Source: an uncultured archaeon (lineage in GTDB: Archaea > EX4484-52 > JAADEF01). From it: DNA of 64,000 nucleotides. Within the stretch, counting starts at the first letter, position 1, and every line of letters starts with the position of its first letter. The notes beneath the pieces were generated by a model. It did no database searches. It saw only the letters and a program-made list of their open reading frames with translations, and was not told the DNA's origin. Positions 18,845 to 27,783 of this stretch are shown one piece after another. The stretch lies in NCBI GenBank assembly GCA_964407715.1, contig CAYOWP010000005.1, positions 12,780 to 76,779 of the forward strand, in the 5' to 3' direction. A program made the translations under genes and the position numbers.

Positions 18845-19247
18845 AAATTACACCTTTTTTATTTTCAATTCTATGTTTCTTTCCTGGTATTACGGTTATA
18901 TTTATTTCGCTAACTGTAAGTTTTTGTGTATATGTTACATTTTGAATATCGACCACTATTAAATTGTTTGAGTATGTGAGAATATAGTCTTTGTTTGATA
19001 TCTTTTGAGGAAATGTGTGGTTAAGATAAAAGCCATCTCCTTGCATATATACATATTGAATCATATCACTTAACCTACTTAAAAATTCCTGAAGGTTATT
19101 TTCTTTTATTTTTTCTGTGAGATCATATCTTGTATATAATACAAAAGAATAAATAGTTATTGCTAAGAGAATAGCAGTGATATAAAACATAAATTCCAAT
19201 GATACTTGGGCTTTTCTTTTAGACTCATGAAAGCTTAACGAAATCAT
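18828..19247 (-). CDS. Minor pilin-like protein
   Basis: RKAQ/VSLEFM. Confidence 0.75.
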   Translation of the reverse strand: MISLSFHESKRKAQVSLEFMFYITAILLAITIYSFVLYTRYDLTEKIKENNLQEFLSRLSDMIQYVYMQGDGFYLNHTFPQKISNKDYILTYSNNLIVVDIQNVTYTQKLTVSEINITVIPGKKHRIENKKGVIYVFPY

Positions 19248-19695
19248 ATTTTACACCATCCTCTAATGATGTTATTATAAGTTTATATCTTCCATATGTA
19301 TTTGGAAGAGAGGAAAAAGAGATATTAAAAGGTAAATCTATAAAGAAATCTTCTTCGCCATAACTCATACGGGCTCTTATGACAATGAATCTATTATTCT
19401 CAATTCCAAAGTATTCCATATTTGAAGGTAATATGATGTATATTGTTTTTTTAGAATTTGTTCCTTGATTATAAACAGACATAGAGTTTATTTTTATTTC
19501 CTTTAGAGTATCCTTAATCATGATGGCTGATCTTATATCAGAGATATCTGTTTTATATTCTATGGAAAGATATATAATGGGTAAAAGAATAAGCATCCCC
19601 ATTCCCACAATAATCAGGAATTCCAAACTTGCCTGCGATAATAGCATAGCATAGTTTTTTCTCTTTTTCACATTCATAAACATAAATAATGACAT
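19225..19695 (-). CDS. Minor pilin-like protein
   Basis: SQASLEFLIIVG. Confidence 0.7.
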   Translation of the reverse strand: MSLFMFMNVKKRKNYAMLLSQASLEFLIIVGMGMLILLPIIYLSIEYKTDISDIRSAIMIKDTLKEIKINSMSVYNQGTNSKKTIYIILPSNMEYFGIENNRFIVIRARMSYGEEDFFIDLPFNISFSSLPNTYGRYKLIITSLEDGVKYDFVKLS

Positions 19696-19794
19696 CTAAG
19701 TTATATAAACTTTTCATAGCGATTATGAAGCAAGTAACCTCTCAACAATGTTAACCTACTCCAAAACCTTTCGAATAGTCTAGCTTCCCATTAA

Positions 19795-20041
19795 CAAATT
19801 GTTCAATAATTTTTTGATGAGGATTTATACTCAGTCAATGAGCAGCAGTAGAGCAGCTAACCTTTTGAAGAGGTTAGCATGCCACAAAACCTGTAGTAAT
19901 AGCGATTTTTTCCGGTTAACAAAATCATTTAAAATGGTTAACGGGAAAACATAGCCCCTATTCAAAGGGTTAACTTGCTCTCATCCGCTTCTTTAAGAGG
20001 CTATTTTTCCGCTTAACAATAGAGAATTATTGGATAATGCC
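19795..20041. mobile_element. MITE-like element 3 (element 2 minus one internal unit), preceded by a degenerate arm at about 19725-19795
   Basis: Degenerate left TIR ATTGTTCAATAAT, right TIR ATTATTGGATAATGCC; near-identical to 10872-11083. Confidence 0.85.
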
Positions 20042-20091
20042 AATAAAAAGATAGAAATTTATTTATATCTTACCCTACTTTAAATATTATT

Positions 20092-20529
20092 ATGGTTAGA
20101 AAATCGCAAAAAAGTGATGTGGATTATGTTATAGAATCTTGGGTAAAGGAACAATTGGAAGAGGGAGAGAATCCAGAGATAATAAAAGAATCTCTTATCA
20201 TATTAAATCGAGACCCAAGAATAGTGGATAAGATTCTAAAGAGCGTGAAACCTAAAAAGAAGGAGTTAAAGAAAGAGGTCAAGAAAGATGTGCTTTCTGT
20301 TCCTGCAGGAAATGTTATAGAGCAGGAACATGTAAGGATAAATATTCCGCATGAATTGTTACCTCAAGATGAAGATTTATTTACTTTGGAACATAAAAAG
20401 CCTATAAGTGATCTTAAGATAAAGGAGATTGCCATAAAAAAGAAATTTAAGAGCATATTTCCATTGGTGCTTATGCTTATAGGAGCCTCATTGATTTTGA
20501 TTGGTGTTTATATATATTTCTATCTCTAA
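20092..20529 (+). CDS. Hypothetical protein with a C-terminal TM helix
   Basis: ORF track; hydrophobic C-terminus. Confidence 0.6.
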   Translation: MVRKSQKSDVDYVIESWVKEQLEEGENPEIIKESLIILNRDPRIVDKILKSVKPKKKELKKEVKKDVLSVPAGNVIEQEHVRINIPHELLPQDEDLFTLEHKKPISDLKIKEIAIKKKFKSIFPLVLMLIGASLILIGVYIYFYL

Positions 20530-20553
20530 TTTTTTGTATGAAGGGTAATCAAA

Positions 20554-20811
20554 ATGGATGTAAAATTTCCAAGGATAGAGGACACAAGTTATTTTACAGT
20601 TAGAAAAATAAAGGATGAGAATGGAAATGAAGTTGGTAGGGTGATAATGTATAGATTGAAAGGAAAAAAGGAATTTACATTCTATATGTTATGTCCAAGA
20701 TGTAAAAAAGAAAGTGTAGGAAAAAAGGAATTCAAAAGGAGACCTTATAGAGTAGAATGTAAATATTGTGGTTATAAATACACAATAGAAAAAATAAGAC
20801 CTAAGAAATAG
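20554..20811 (+). CDS. Hypothetical zinc-ribbon protein
   Basis: CPRC...CKYC. Confidence 0.7.
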   Translation: MDVKFPRIEDTSYFTVRKIKDENGNEVGRVIMYRLKGKKEFTFYMLCPRCKKESVGKKEFKRRPYRVECKYCGYKYTIEKIRPKK

Positions 20812-20873
20812 AGAAACTCATTCTCAATGAAAATTTTATAAATTTATCCTTGCTTATATATTATAATACATAA

Positions 20874-20997
20874 GGGGCGGTAGCTCAGCCTGGGAGAGCG
20901 CCAGACTGAAGACAACTTGCAAAGAAAATATGAGAATATCTTAGCAAGGCACTTGGCAGATATCTGGTTGTCGCGGGTTCGAATCCCGCCTGCCCCA
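20874..20997 (+). tRNA. tRNA-Phe(GAA) with a 50-nt intron at 37/38 (20912-20961)
   Basis: Acceptor GGGGCGG/CTGCCCC, anticodon stem CCAGA/TCTGG, GGTTCGAATCC. Confidence 0.92.
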
Positions 20998-21063
20998 TTA
21001 TCTTCTCCTTATTATAATTTCATTTTACAGAAAGTGATAATTGCGCAAATATAAGAAAAAAGA

Positions 21064-21191
21064 AGCCCCGGGAGGGATTCGAACCCCCGACCACGTGATT
21101 TCTTGCCATTCTGAAAAGGTTACGAGTATCGCGCTTCCTTGCTTCTGAGCAAGGTTACAAGTCACGCGCTCTACCGCTGAGCTACCGGGGC
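21064..21191 (-). tRNA. tRNA-Thr(TGT) with a 56-nt intron at 37/38 (21100-21155)
   Basis: Acceptor GCCCCGG/CCGGGGC, anticodon stem CGTGA/TCACG, canonical BHB (CUUG/CAAG). Confidence 0.93.
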
Positions 21192-21242
21192 ATATCAAAA
21201 TACTTACATAGAATTATTTCCCTCAGTAATTTAAAAATTTTA

Positions 21243-21677
21243 TTATTTTATGATATATCGAGTAATAAAATCATAAGCCCTCTTAAGTACTTTTCTCGAG
21301 TTTTCATAGGAAAGTAGTTTGATTCCTTCCTCATGCGAGACCCATCTGAAACCTGTATGTTCAAAGCTGATTTTCACTTCCTTTTTTTCTACTTCTCCCA
21401 AAAAGAAATATACCTTCTTAAATCTTCTTTCTCCTTTTTCAACATAATAATAAGAAATCTTTTCCATAAAACCAGGATAAACCTTAATTTTCTTTATTCC
21501 TGCCTCTTCCTCCAATTCTCTTTTTGCCCCTTCTATTAGTGATTCTCCTTTTTCTATATGCCCTTTTGGGAAGTCCCAATGACCCTTTGAATTTAATAAA
21601 AGAAGAAATTCAATTTCTTTCTTTTCCTTATTAAAATAAAAAACAACAAAACCAGCTGAGATTTCTTTTATGGTCAT
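21243..21677 (-). CDS. NUDIX hydrolase (Ap4A hydrolase-like)
   Basis: WDFPKGHIEKGESLIEGAKRELEEEAG Nudix box. Confidence 0.93.
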   Translation of the reverse strand: MTIKEISAGFVVFYFNKEKKEIEFLLLLNSKGHWDFPKGHIEKGESLIEGAKRELEEEAGIKKIKVYPGFMEKISYYYVEKGERRFKKVYFFLGEVEKKEVKISFEHTGFRWVSHEEGIKLLSYENSRKVLKRAYDFITRYIIK

Positions 21678-21824
21678 AATCTCAATAAGTATCTAATCAA
21701 AAATATATATTGCAATGTATTCACTAAATCATAGTAAAATTTTTAAATAGAAAGGGATATATTATATATTAACTTTAAAGTAGTTATAACTACTTTATAA
21801 TGAATATTTAGAGAGGGTGAAAAT

Positions 21825-22001
21825 ATGGCGGAGGGAGATACAGTAACCATAGAGCAACTTATGAAAATGAAAAAAATGGCATTAGAAAACAACAATTTTA
21901 AGGAAGTTGAAAAGATAAACAAAATAATTGCCTTGAAGATGGGCAAGAGAAAGCCAATTATTAAAGGGAGAAAACCTAAGATATTAAAACTATTACTTTG
22001 A
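21825..22001 (+). CDS. Small basic hypothetical protein, 58 aa (not in the ORF track)
   Basis: Manual translation MAEGDTVTIEQLMKMKK...; SD GAGGGTGA. Confidence 0.55.
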   Translation: MAEGDTVTIEQLMKMKKMALENNNFKEVEKINKIIALKMGKRKPIIKGRKPKILKLLL

Positions 22002-22009
22002 TTGCTTTA

Positions 22010-22231
22010 TTAGACCTCCTTTATTTTTCTTTTCATAACAAATTTAACATCTTCTTCTTTGACAGTTAATCTGCCAGCATGTTCTGATGCATCAACTATT
22101 TCACGTGCTAATAGCAAAGCTATATGCTCCAATAATCCAGCAAATTCTTCTGCCGCACGAGATGATACTCTCTTAGCCCCTGCCTTTTTGAGAATTTTCT
22201 CTGCACCCAATATAGAGATTACACCTGCCAT
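22010..22231 (-). CDS. Archaeal histone (HMf-like fold)
   Basis: ILKKAGAKRVS..A...A.HAGR.TVKEEDV. Confidence 0.9.
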   Translation of the reverse strand: MAGVISILGAEKILKKAGAKRVSSRAAEEFAGLLEHIALLLAREIVDASEHAGRLTVKEEDVKFVMKRKIKEV

Positions 22232-22298
22232 ATATAGTTTATAGAAGTAATCAAATTTATAAATTATTTATAAAGATTCATGTATAAAGATATATAAT

Positions 22299-23543
22299 AT
22301 GGATATTGGATTTTTCATATGGGAATATCCTCCACATCTTGTTGGTGGACTAGGCACATATGCAAGAGAGATAACACGAATAATGAGAAAGAGAGGGCAT
22401 AGAATCTCAGTATTTACGCTTAATGTAAGAAAAAATCCTCATGAGTTTTCCTTTCCTCCTTTTTCTATACAAGACAATATAGAGGTACATAGACCTTACA
22501 TATTGGATATGCAAGATATTCTCTATATACTTTCTGATGAATTAAAGAGATGGGGAGAAGGTATAAATCTATTTAATGACATATTTGCATATAATTTTTT
22601 ATCTGCAAGTAAATTTATTAATAAATTGCAATATGAGGAAAATTATGACATAATAAGCATCCATGATTGGTTATCATCAATAGCAGGAATCCTGATAAAA
22701 AGAAACACCAATTTTCCTGTGGTATTTCATGTTCATTCAACAGAGGAATTGAGGTCGAATCTCTCTAACACAATAAAATCATTTGAACACAAAATGGGAA
22801 GTATGGCAGAGAAAATAATAACAGTATCATATGCCATGAAACAACATATGGTGGAGATAGGATATCCAGAAGAAAAAATAGAGGTTGTATGGAATGGCAT
22901 AGACCCAAGTATTTTTGATCCAAAGAGAGTGAAGAAAGAACTAAGAGAAAAATGGAAAGAACACTACAAGATTGATGATAAAACAAAGGTAATACTATAT
23001 GTTGGAAGATTAACTTATATAAAAGGAGTTGAGAATTTGGTTAGGTCTTTGCCACATGTGTTAAGAGAAAAGGAAAATGTTAAATTAGTAATTGTTGGAA
23101 TAGGAGAGGAAAGGGATAAATTAATCAATCTATCTTATGAATTGGGCATAAAAGATAAAGTTGCGATTACATCTAAATGGTTATCTATTGAGGATTTACT
23201 TGCACATTATTCTATAGCTGATGTTTGTGTATTTCCATCTCTATCTGAACCTTTTGGTATAGTTTCCTTAGAAGCTATGGCAATGGAGAAGCCTGTTGTG
23301 GTTGGTGCTAAAGGAGTATCAGGATTTGCAGAGCAAGTGATCAATGAAGGAGAAGGAAAATGTGGTGTTCATATAAATCCAGCAGATCCACAGGATATCG
23401 CTAAGGGAATCTTAGAAGTGTTAAATAACGAGGAAAGTGCGAAAGAATGGGGGAAAAACGGAAGGAAGAGAGTAGTGGAGATGTTTACATTGGAGGAGAC
23501 TGTGGATAAGACACTTAAGATTTATGAGGAACTTATTAGATAA
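22299..23543 (+). CDS. GT4 family glycosyltransferase
   Basis: WEYPPHLVGGLG, HDW, YVGRL...KG, EPFGIVSLEAMA. Confidence 0.92.
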   Translation: MDIGFFIWEYPPHLVGGLGTYAREITRIMRKRGHRISVFTLNVRKNPHEFSFPPFSIQDNIEVHRPYILDMQDILYILSDELKRWGEGINLFNDIFAYNFLSASKFINKLQYEENYDIISIHDWLSSIAGILIKRNTNFPVVFHVHSTEELRSNLSNTIKSFEHKMGSMAEKIITVSYAMKQHMVEIGYPEEKIEVVWNGIDPSIFDPKRVKKELREKWKEHYKIDDKTKVILYVGRLTYIKGVENLVRSLPHVLREKENVKLVIVGIGEERDKLINLSYELGIKDKVAITSKWLSIEDLLAHYSIADVCVFPSLSEPFGIVSLEAMAMEKPVVVGAKGVSGFAEQVINEGEGKCGVHINPADPQDIAKGILEVLNNEESAKEWGKNGRKRVVEMFTLEETVDKTLKIYEELIR

Positions 23544-23579
23544 AATTTAAAAACCTAAATAACATAATAAGATAAATTT

Positions 23580-23957
23580 ATGAAAAGAGAAGAGAAGAGG
23601 AAAATAATTCGAAAAATCATTCATAATATATTGAGAGAGAAAGATGGGCTAACATTAACAGGACTCTATAAAGAGATAAAAAATTATCAAAAAAGGATAG
23701 GAATTAAAACATTAAAGGAGATAATATTTGATGATCCTAATATAAAAGTAATTTTTCATTCCAAAACCAATAAAGATAAAGATTTTCTATCACTAAAAAG
23801 CTGTATAATTTGTGGAAACAAAGAGCTTGTGAACATCTTTGAGAGGGATTTAAAGGGAGGATCACATATCATTGCAAAAAAATGTAAGAGATGCGGGATG
23901 ATATATAAAGGAAATAAAACCAGTATAAGGTGCTATGAAATTTTCTTAGTTTCTTAG
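23580..23957 (+). CDS. Hypothetical protein with a zinc ribbon
   Basis: CIICG...CKRCG. Confidence 0.6.
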   Translation: MKREEKRKIIRKIIHNILREKDGLTLTGLYKEIKNYQKRIGIKTLKEIIFDDPNIKVIFHSKTNKDKDFLSLKSCIICGNKELVNIFERDLKGGSHIIAKKCKRCGMIYKGNKTSIRCYEIFLVS

Positions 23958-24002
23958 ATTCCTTAGGTTATTTTAATATATTCTAAGAAACTATATATTT
24001 TT

Positions 24003-25049
24003 ATGGTTCTTTCTTTTGAAATCGGTGCTAATAAAGTTATTATAGATATAGGAAATGAGAATCTTGTAGTTTTTTTAGTTATGTCCATCGTGATTCTTCA
24101 TCTTTTGGTTCTTAAGCAAATAAGAAAAAGAACAATAAAATTTGCTAATTATGAAACATTAAAAAAAGCGATAGGGTATGAGATACTAAAAAGCAATATC
24201 CTTGTTTTAATTATGAGAATACTCATAGTGATATCTTTGATTTTGGCACTTTATAAGTTTAATATTGAGGTGATAAAACCGGTTAGCGATGTGGATTTTG
24301 TAATTGCATTGGATATATCACAAACAATGCTAAATTCCGATAATGGAGCATTTTTACCGAATAAATTAGAGGTAGCTAAGCAAACATCAAAAGAGATAAT
24401 CCGCGTATTGCCTGAAAGAACAAAGATAGGAGTGGTTACTTTTTCAGGAAAGGCATATATAGATCAACCTTTAACAGATAACAAAGAGATGTTATTTCAA
24501 TCCATAGATAAGATAGACTCTAAACCACCTGCAGGCACTGTTATAGGAGATGCGATAGTTGCAGGGACAATATTGCTTGCTAATTCCACAAAAACAAAGA
24601 AATCTATAGTTCTTATTACAGATGGAAGACAAACAGAAGGATTAGGAGTTGATATTAATGAGTCCTTGGAATATGCTAAAAGGAACGGAATAATCATTAA
24701 TACTATTGGTCTTGGTAGGAAAAATAGGACATCCATAAACCTTACAGGTATAGATATTGAGAAATTGAATATTCCTGAGGAGATAAAGGAGCAAATTCTC
24801 AAGATGGAGAACAAAAGTTTTAATATCACTGCATTGGATGAGGAAACATTGAAATATATTGCCAATGTTACCAATGGAAAATATTATTATGTGGAAAATC
24901 AGACGTATTTTAAGGAGGCATTTAGTGAGGTTATTCTTAAATTCAACAGCATAACCATAGATGCAAGAAGATATGCTTTACTACTTGCTGCCATTTTATT
25001 GCTTATAGAGTATTCTCTTGGCGCAACAAAATACAAGACGATACCTTAA
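24003..25049 (+). CDS. VWA-domain membrane protein (BatA-like)
   Basis: DISQTM MIDAS-like motif, GTVIGDAI, LITDG. Confidence 0.85.
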   Translation: MVLSFEIGANKVIIDIGNENLVVFLVMSIVILHLLVLKQIRKRTIKFANYETLKKAIGYEILKSNILVLIMRILIVISLILALYKFNIEVIKPVSDVDFVIALDISQTMLNSDNGAFLPNKLEVAKQTSKEIIRVLPERTKIGVVTFSGKAYIDQPLTDNKEMLFQSIDKIDSKPPAGTVIGDAIVAGTILLANSTKTKKSIVLITDGRQTEGLGVDINESLEYAKRNGIIINTIGLGRKNRTSINLTGIDIEKLNIPEEIKEQILKMENKSFNITALDEETLKYIANVTNGKYYYVENQTYFKEAFSEVILKFNSITIDARRYALLLAAILLLIEYSLGATKYKTIP

Positions 25050-25119
25050 ATATGCTTCAGTTTACTAATAGCGCAAGGAAAACTGCTCAAGTGCTTGGAA
25101 GATGATATTATCCTTAAGA

Positions 25120-25194
25120 TGGTCCCCGAGGGATTCGAACCCTCGACCTCCACGTTATCAGCGTGGCGCTCTAACCAAGCTGAGCTAGGGGACC
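25120..25194 (-). tRNA. tRNA-Ile(GAT)
   Basis: GGTCCCC acceptor, CCACG-CTGATAA-CGTGG anticodon arm, GGTTCGAATCC. Confidence 0.96.
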
Positions 25195-25244
25195 TTATTA
25201 TAAAAAATTAATAAGATAGAGCATTTTAAAAATTTTTATTAGGA

Positions 25245-25817
25245 TTAGATTTTAGAGTGTTTCTTTAGAATATCATCAATTATTTTTATCATATCCTCCC
25301 TGCCCACATAATCTCTATTTCTGATTAATTCTTCTTCGAGATCAAATACATAATTTAGCCATGCAAATATGATATCACGAGCTTTCAAGAAATCCTCATC
25401 AGAAGCCCCCTCAAGTGCATTTTTAAGCATAACAAGGGAATGTATTGCTTCTTTGTTGTTTAATATACTCCAAAAAGGATATCTTTCAAAATAAGTTCCC
25501 TTCATTATATCATTTAGATATGTTAGAACCACATAATCTATATCATCTATGCTTTTAAGATTTAATACATTCAGAAGATCCTTTTTATGATATTTAAGCA
25601 TGAGATCCACTATGCTCTTTTGTGGTGTGATCTCTTCCTCATGGCTTGTGCCAAGATAATTTTCCTCATATTCGCGTGCTGTGTCAGAAATAATTTCTTG
25701 ATTTTCCTCTTCTTTTTTTCTTTTTTTATGAAGATATGTCAAAATAATGAATACAAAAGCTCCAAGAATTACAATTAAAAGAATTACCAAAAAAATAAGA
25801 CGAACATAATCCTTCAT
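25245..25817 (-). CDS. Hypothetical membrane-anchored protein
   Basis: N-terminal TM helix. Confidence 0.6.
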   Translation of the reverse strand: MKDYVRLIFLVILLIVILGAFVFIILTYLHKKRKKEEENQEIISDTAREYEENYLGTSHEEEITPQKSIVDLMLKYHKKDLLNVLNLKSIDDIDYVVLTYLNDIMKGTYFERYPFWSILNNKEAIHSLVMLKNALEGASDEDFLKARDIIFAWLNYVFDLEEELIRNRDYVGREDMIKIIDDILKKHSKI

Positions 25818-25857
25818 AAATCTATTATAAATCCCAATGTCTCATATATAGTTTATT

Positions 25858-27048
25858 ATGTTGCTTAACACAGAAAAACTTACTCCATGGAGAAAAATTT
25901 CAGCATTATGGAAATATCAACCTGAGGATTTTATTGTTAAAGAAATTTCAAGGAGATATGGGTTATTAGACTTCTCAAAAAAATACAGTTTTGATGAGAC
26001 ATCACATGGAGACCATCTTATATGTGTTTTTATAAAGAAGAATATGGAGACATTTCAGATGATAAAAAGCATAGCTCTTATGCTTAACATTTCTTCCCAA
26101 AGAATAAGTTTGGCAGGTGTGAAAGATAAAAAAGCATGGACGATACAACTTGGAAGTATATATAAAATCAAAAAAGAAAAAATAAATTTTATCAGAGATA
26201 AACTTAAGAATTGTGATGTCATACCAATTTGTTATGCTGATAAAAAGGTGTATCTTGGTGAGTTGGATGGAAACTTTTTTGAGATTACTCTTAGGTGTAT
26301 TAATAAGAGAGATGTAGAATATTTTAAGGAAATCATGATTAAATATGAGAAAGAATATGATTTCTATTTTCCTAATTATTATGGTATCCAGAGATTCGGT
26401 AGTGAAGAGAACTCAACCGCTAAATTAGGATATCTTCTTTTAAAAAGAGACTATGAAAGATTCATCTTAGAATATCTTTCTATTACAGATGCAAAAAATA
26501 GCCTAAAGAATCTTTCTTCTGAAGAAATTGAAAAGCTCAGGGAAAAGTTGCGAAACAAGTATCATGAGAAAAGAGTTTTTGATTATCTTCTCTATCATAA
26601 CATGGAAGATATAATTGGAGCCATCAGAACCATACCTATACCTTTATTGAAAATGTTTGTCAATGCATATCAAAGCCATATTTTTAATATGGTGCTTTCA
26701 AAGATTATAAAAGAGAAAAAATCTGAGTGGCATGAACTAAAAAATAAGAAAATTCCTATTCCAGGAAGCGGCTATGAGTCATTTGCATTGAAGGGAGAGT
26801 ATGAGGGATATATAATGGAAATTTTGGAGAAAGAAAAGATAACATTTGAAGATTTCAAATTTCCTGAACTGAATTTTGAGAGTAAAGGGACAGGAAGAGA
26901 GATTCTCACAAAACCTGCAAATATAACATACTTGATTGAAAAAGATGAGATTTTTAAAAGGAAATATAAGATTATTCTCAAATTTAGCTTAACAAAAGGC
27001 TCGTACGCATCTTCTTTCCTAGAAGAAATTTTTGATCTCTCCTATTAA
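25858..27048 (+). CDS. truD: tRNA pseudouridine(13) synthase
   Basis: PEDFIVKE, AGVKDKKAWT, FPNYYGIQRFG, FSLTKGSYA. Confidence 0.95.
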   Translation: MLLNTEKLTPWRKISALWKYQPEDFIVKEISRRYGLLDFSKKYSFDETSHGDHLICVFIKKNMETFQMIKSIALMLNISSQRISLAGVKDKKAWTIQLGSIYKIKKEKINFIRDKLKNCDVIPICYADKKVYLGELDGNFFEITLRCINKRDVEYFKEIMIKYEKEYDFYFPNYYGIQRFGSEENSTAKLGYLLLKRDYERFILEYLSITDAKNSLKNLSSEEIEKLREKLRNKYHEKRVFDYLLYHNMEDIIGAIRTIPIPLLKMFVNAYQSHIFNMVLSKIIKEKKSEWHELKNKKIPIPGSGYESFALKGEYEGYIMEILEKEKITFEDFKFPELNFESKGTGREILTKPANITYLIEKDEIFKRKYKIILKFSLTKGSYASSFLEEIFDLSY

Positions 27049-27774
27049 TTTTGTACCTTCATCTGGGTCCTGCCATATATTTCTTCCTACTATCATCCCA
27101 TTCGCTTTGGTTGAATATACTTTCTTAGCAAATTCTAAGAATTTCTCATTTTTTGTACCACCTGCAATGAATAATTTTGTTTTATAAAGATATTCCGCGA
27201 TTGTGTTAATATCCTCAACTCTATCAGGAGATTTTATCTTTACCGCATCTGCTCCTAATTCCATGCCAACACGTGCAGAGTATATCAATAAGTTTAAATC
27301 ATTTTCTTTTTTTATATTTTTTCCTCTTGGATATGCCCAGAGAAATGTGAATAAATCATATTCTGATGCTATATCCCGAATCATACAAAAGGTTTCTATC
27401 ATCTCTTGCTCATATTGTGAGCCAAAATATATTGTATATCCTATACCTTTAATATTCTCGTACTTAGTAGCTAAATACTCCACACTTCCGGTGAGAGGCG
27501 AAAAATATTGATCAAAAGCCATTTTGGTTTTAGAATTTATTTTTGCAATAACATTGATATTCATATCTTTTATTTCCTCTGAAAACTTCATTATAATACC
27601 TGGAGTTAATGCTACACCATTGAGATCATTATCCTTAACAAGAGAGAGTATTAACATAGGATTAGCACTTCTCTTATCAATGAAATCCTCAACAGGGCCA
27701 TGTTCAATACCGTGATCATATGCTAAAAATAATCCCTTACCATTCTTTAGACCAAATACTTTATCAAAGCGCAT
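27019..27774 (-). CDS. fbaB: Class I (DhnA-type) fructose-bisphosphate aldolase
   Basis: LAYDHGIEHGP, WAYPRG, ELGADAVK, GRNIWQ. Confidence 0.92.
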   Translation of the reverse strand: MRFDKVFGLKNGKGLFLAYDHGIEHGPVEDFIDKRSANPMLILSLVKDNDLNGVALTPGIIMKFSEEIKDMNINVIAKINSKTKMAFDQYFSPLTGSVEYLATKYENIKGIGYTIYFGSQYEQEMIETFCMIRDIASEYDLFTFLWAYPRGKNIKKENDLNLLIYSARVGMELGADAVKIKSPDRVEDINTIAEYLYKTKLFIAGGTKNEKFLEFAKKVYSTKANGMIVGRNIWQDPDEGTKLIGEIKNFF

Positions 27775-27783
27775 GTTATCACA

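Noticed and set aside
21100-21160. Link between the tRNA-Thr intron motif AAGGTTAC and the repeat core AAGGTTAG/C
   Set aside because: Only about 7 bp match in AT-rich DNA and no other unit motifs are present, so chance is likely.
25050-25115. C/D-box sRNA next to tRNA-Ile
   Set aside because: A CTGA is present on the minus strand, but there is no convincing C box or terminal stem.
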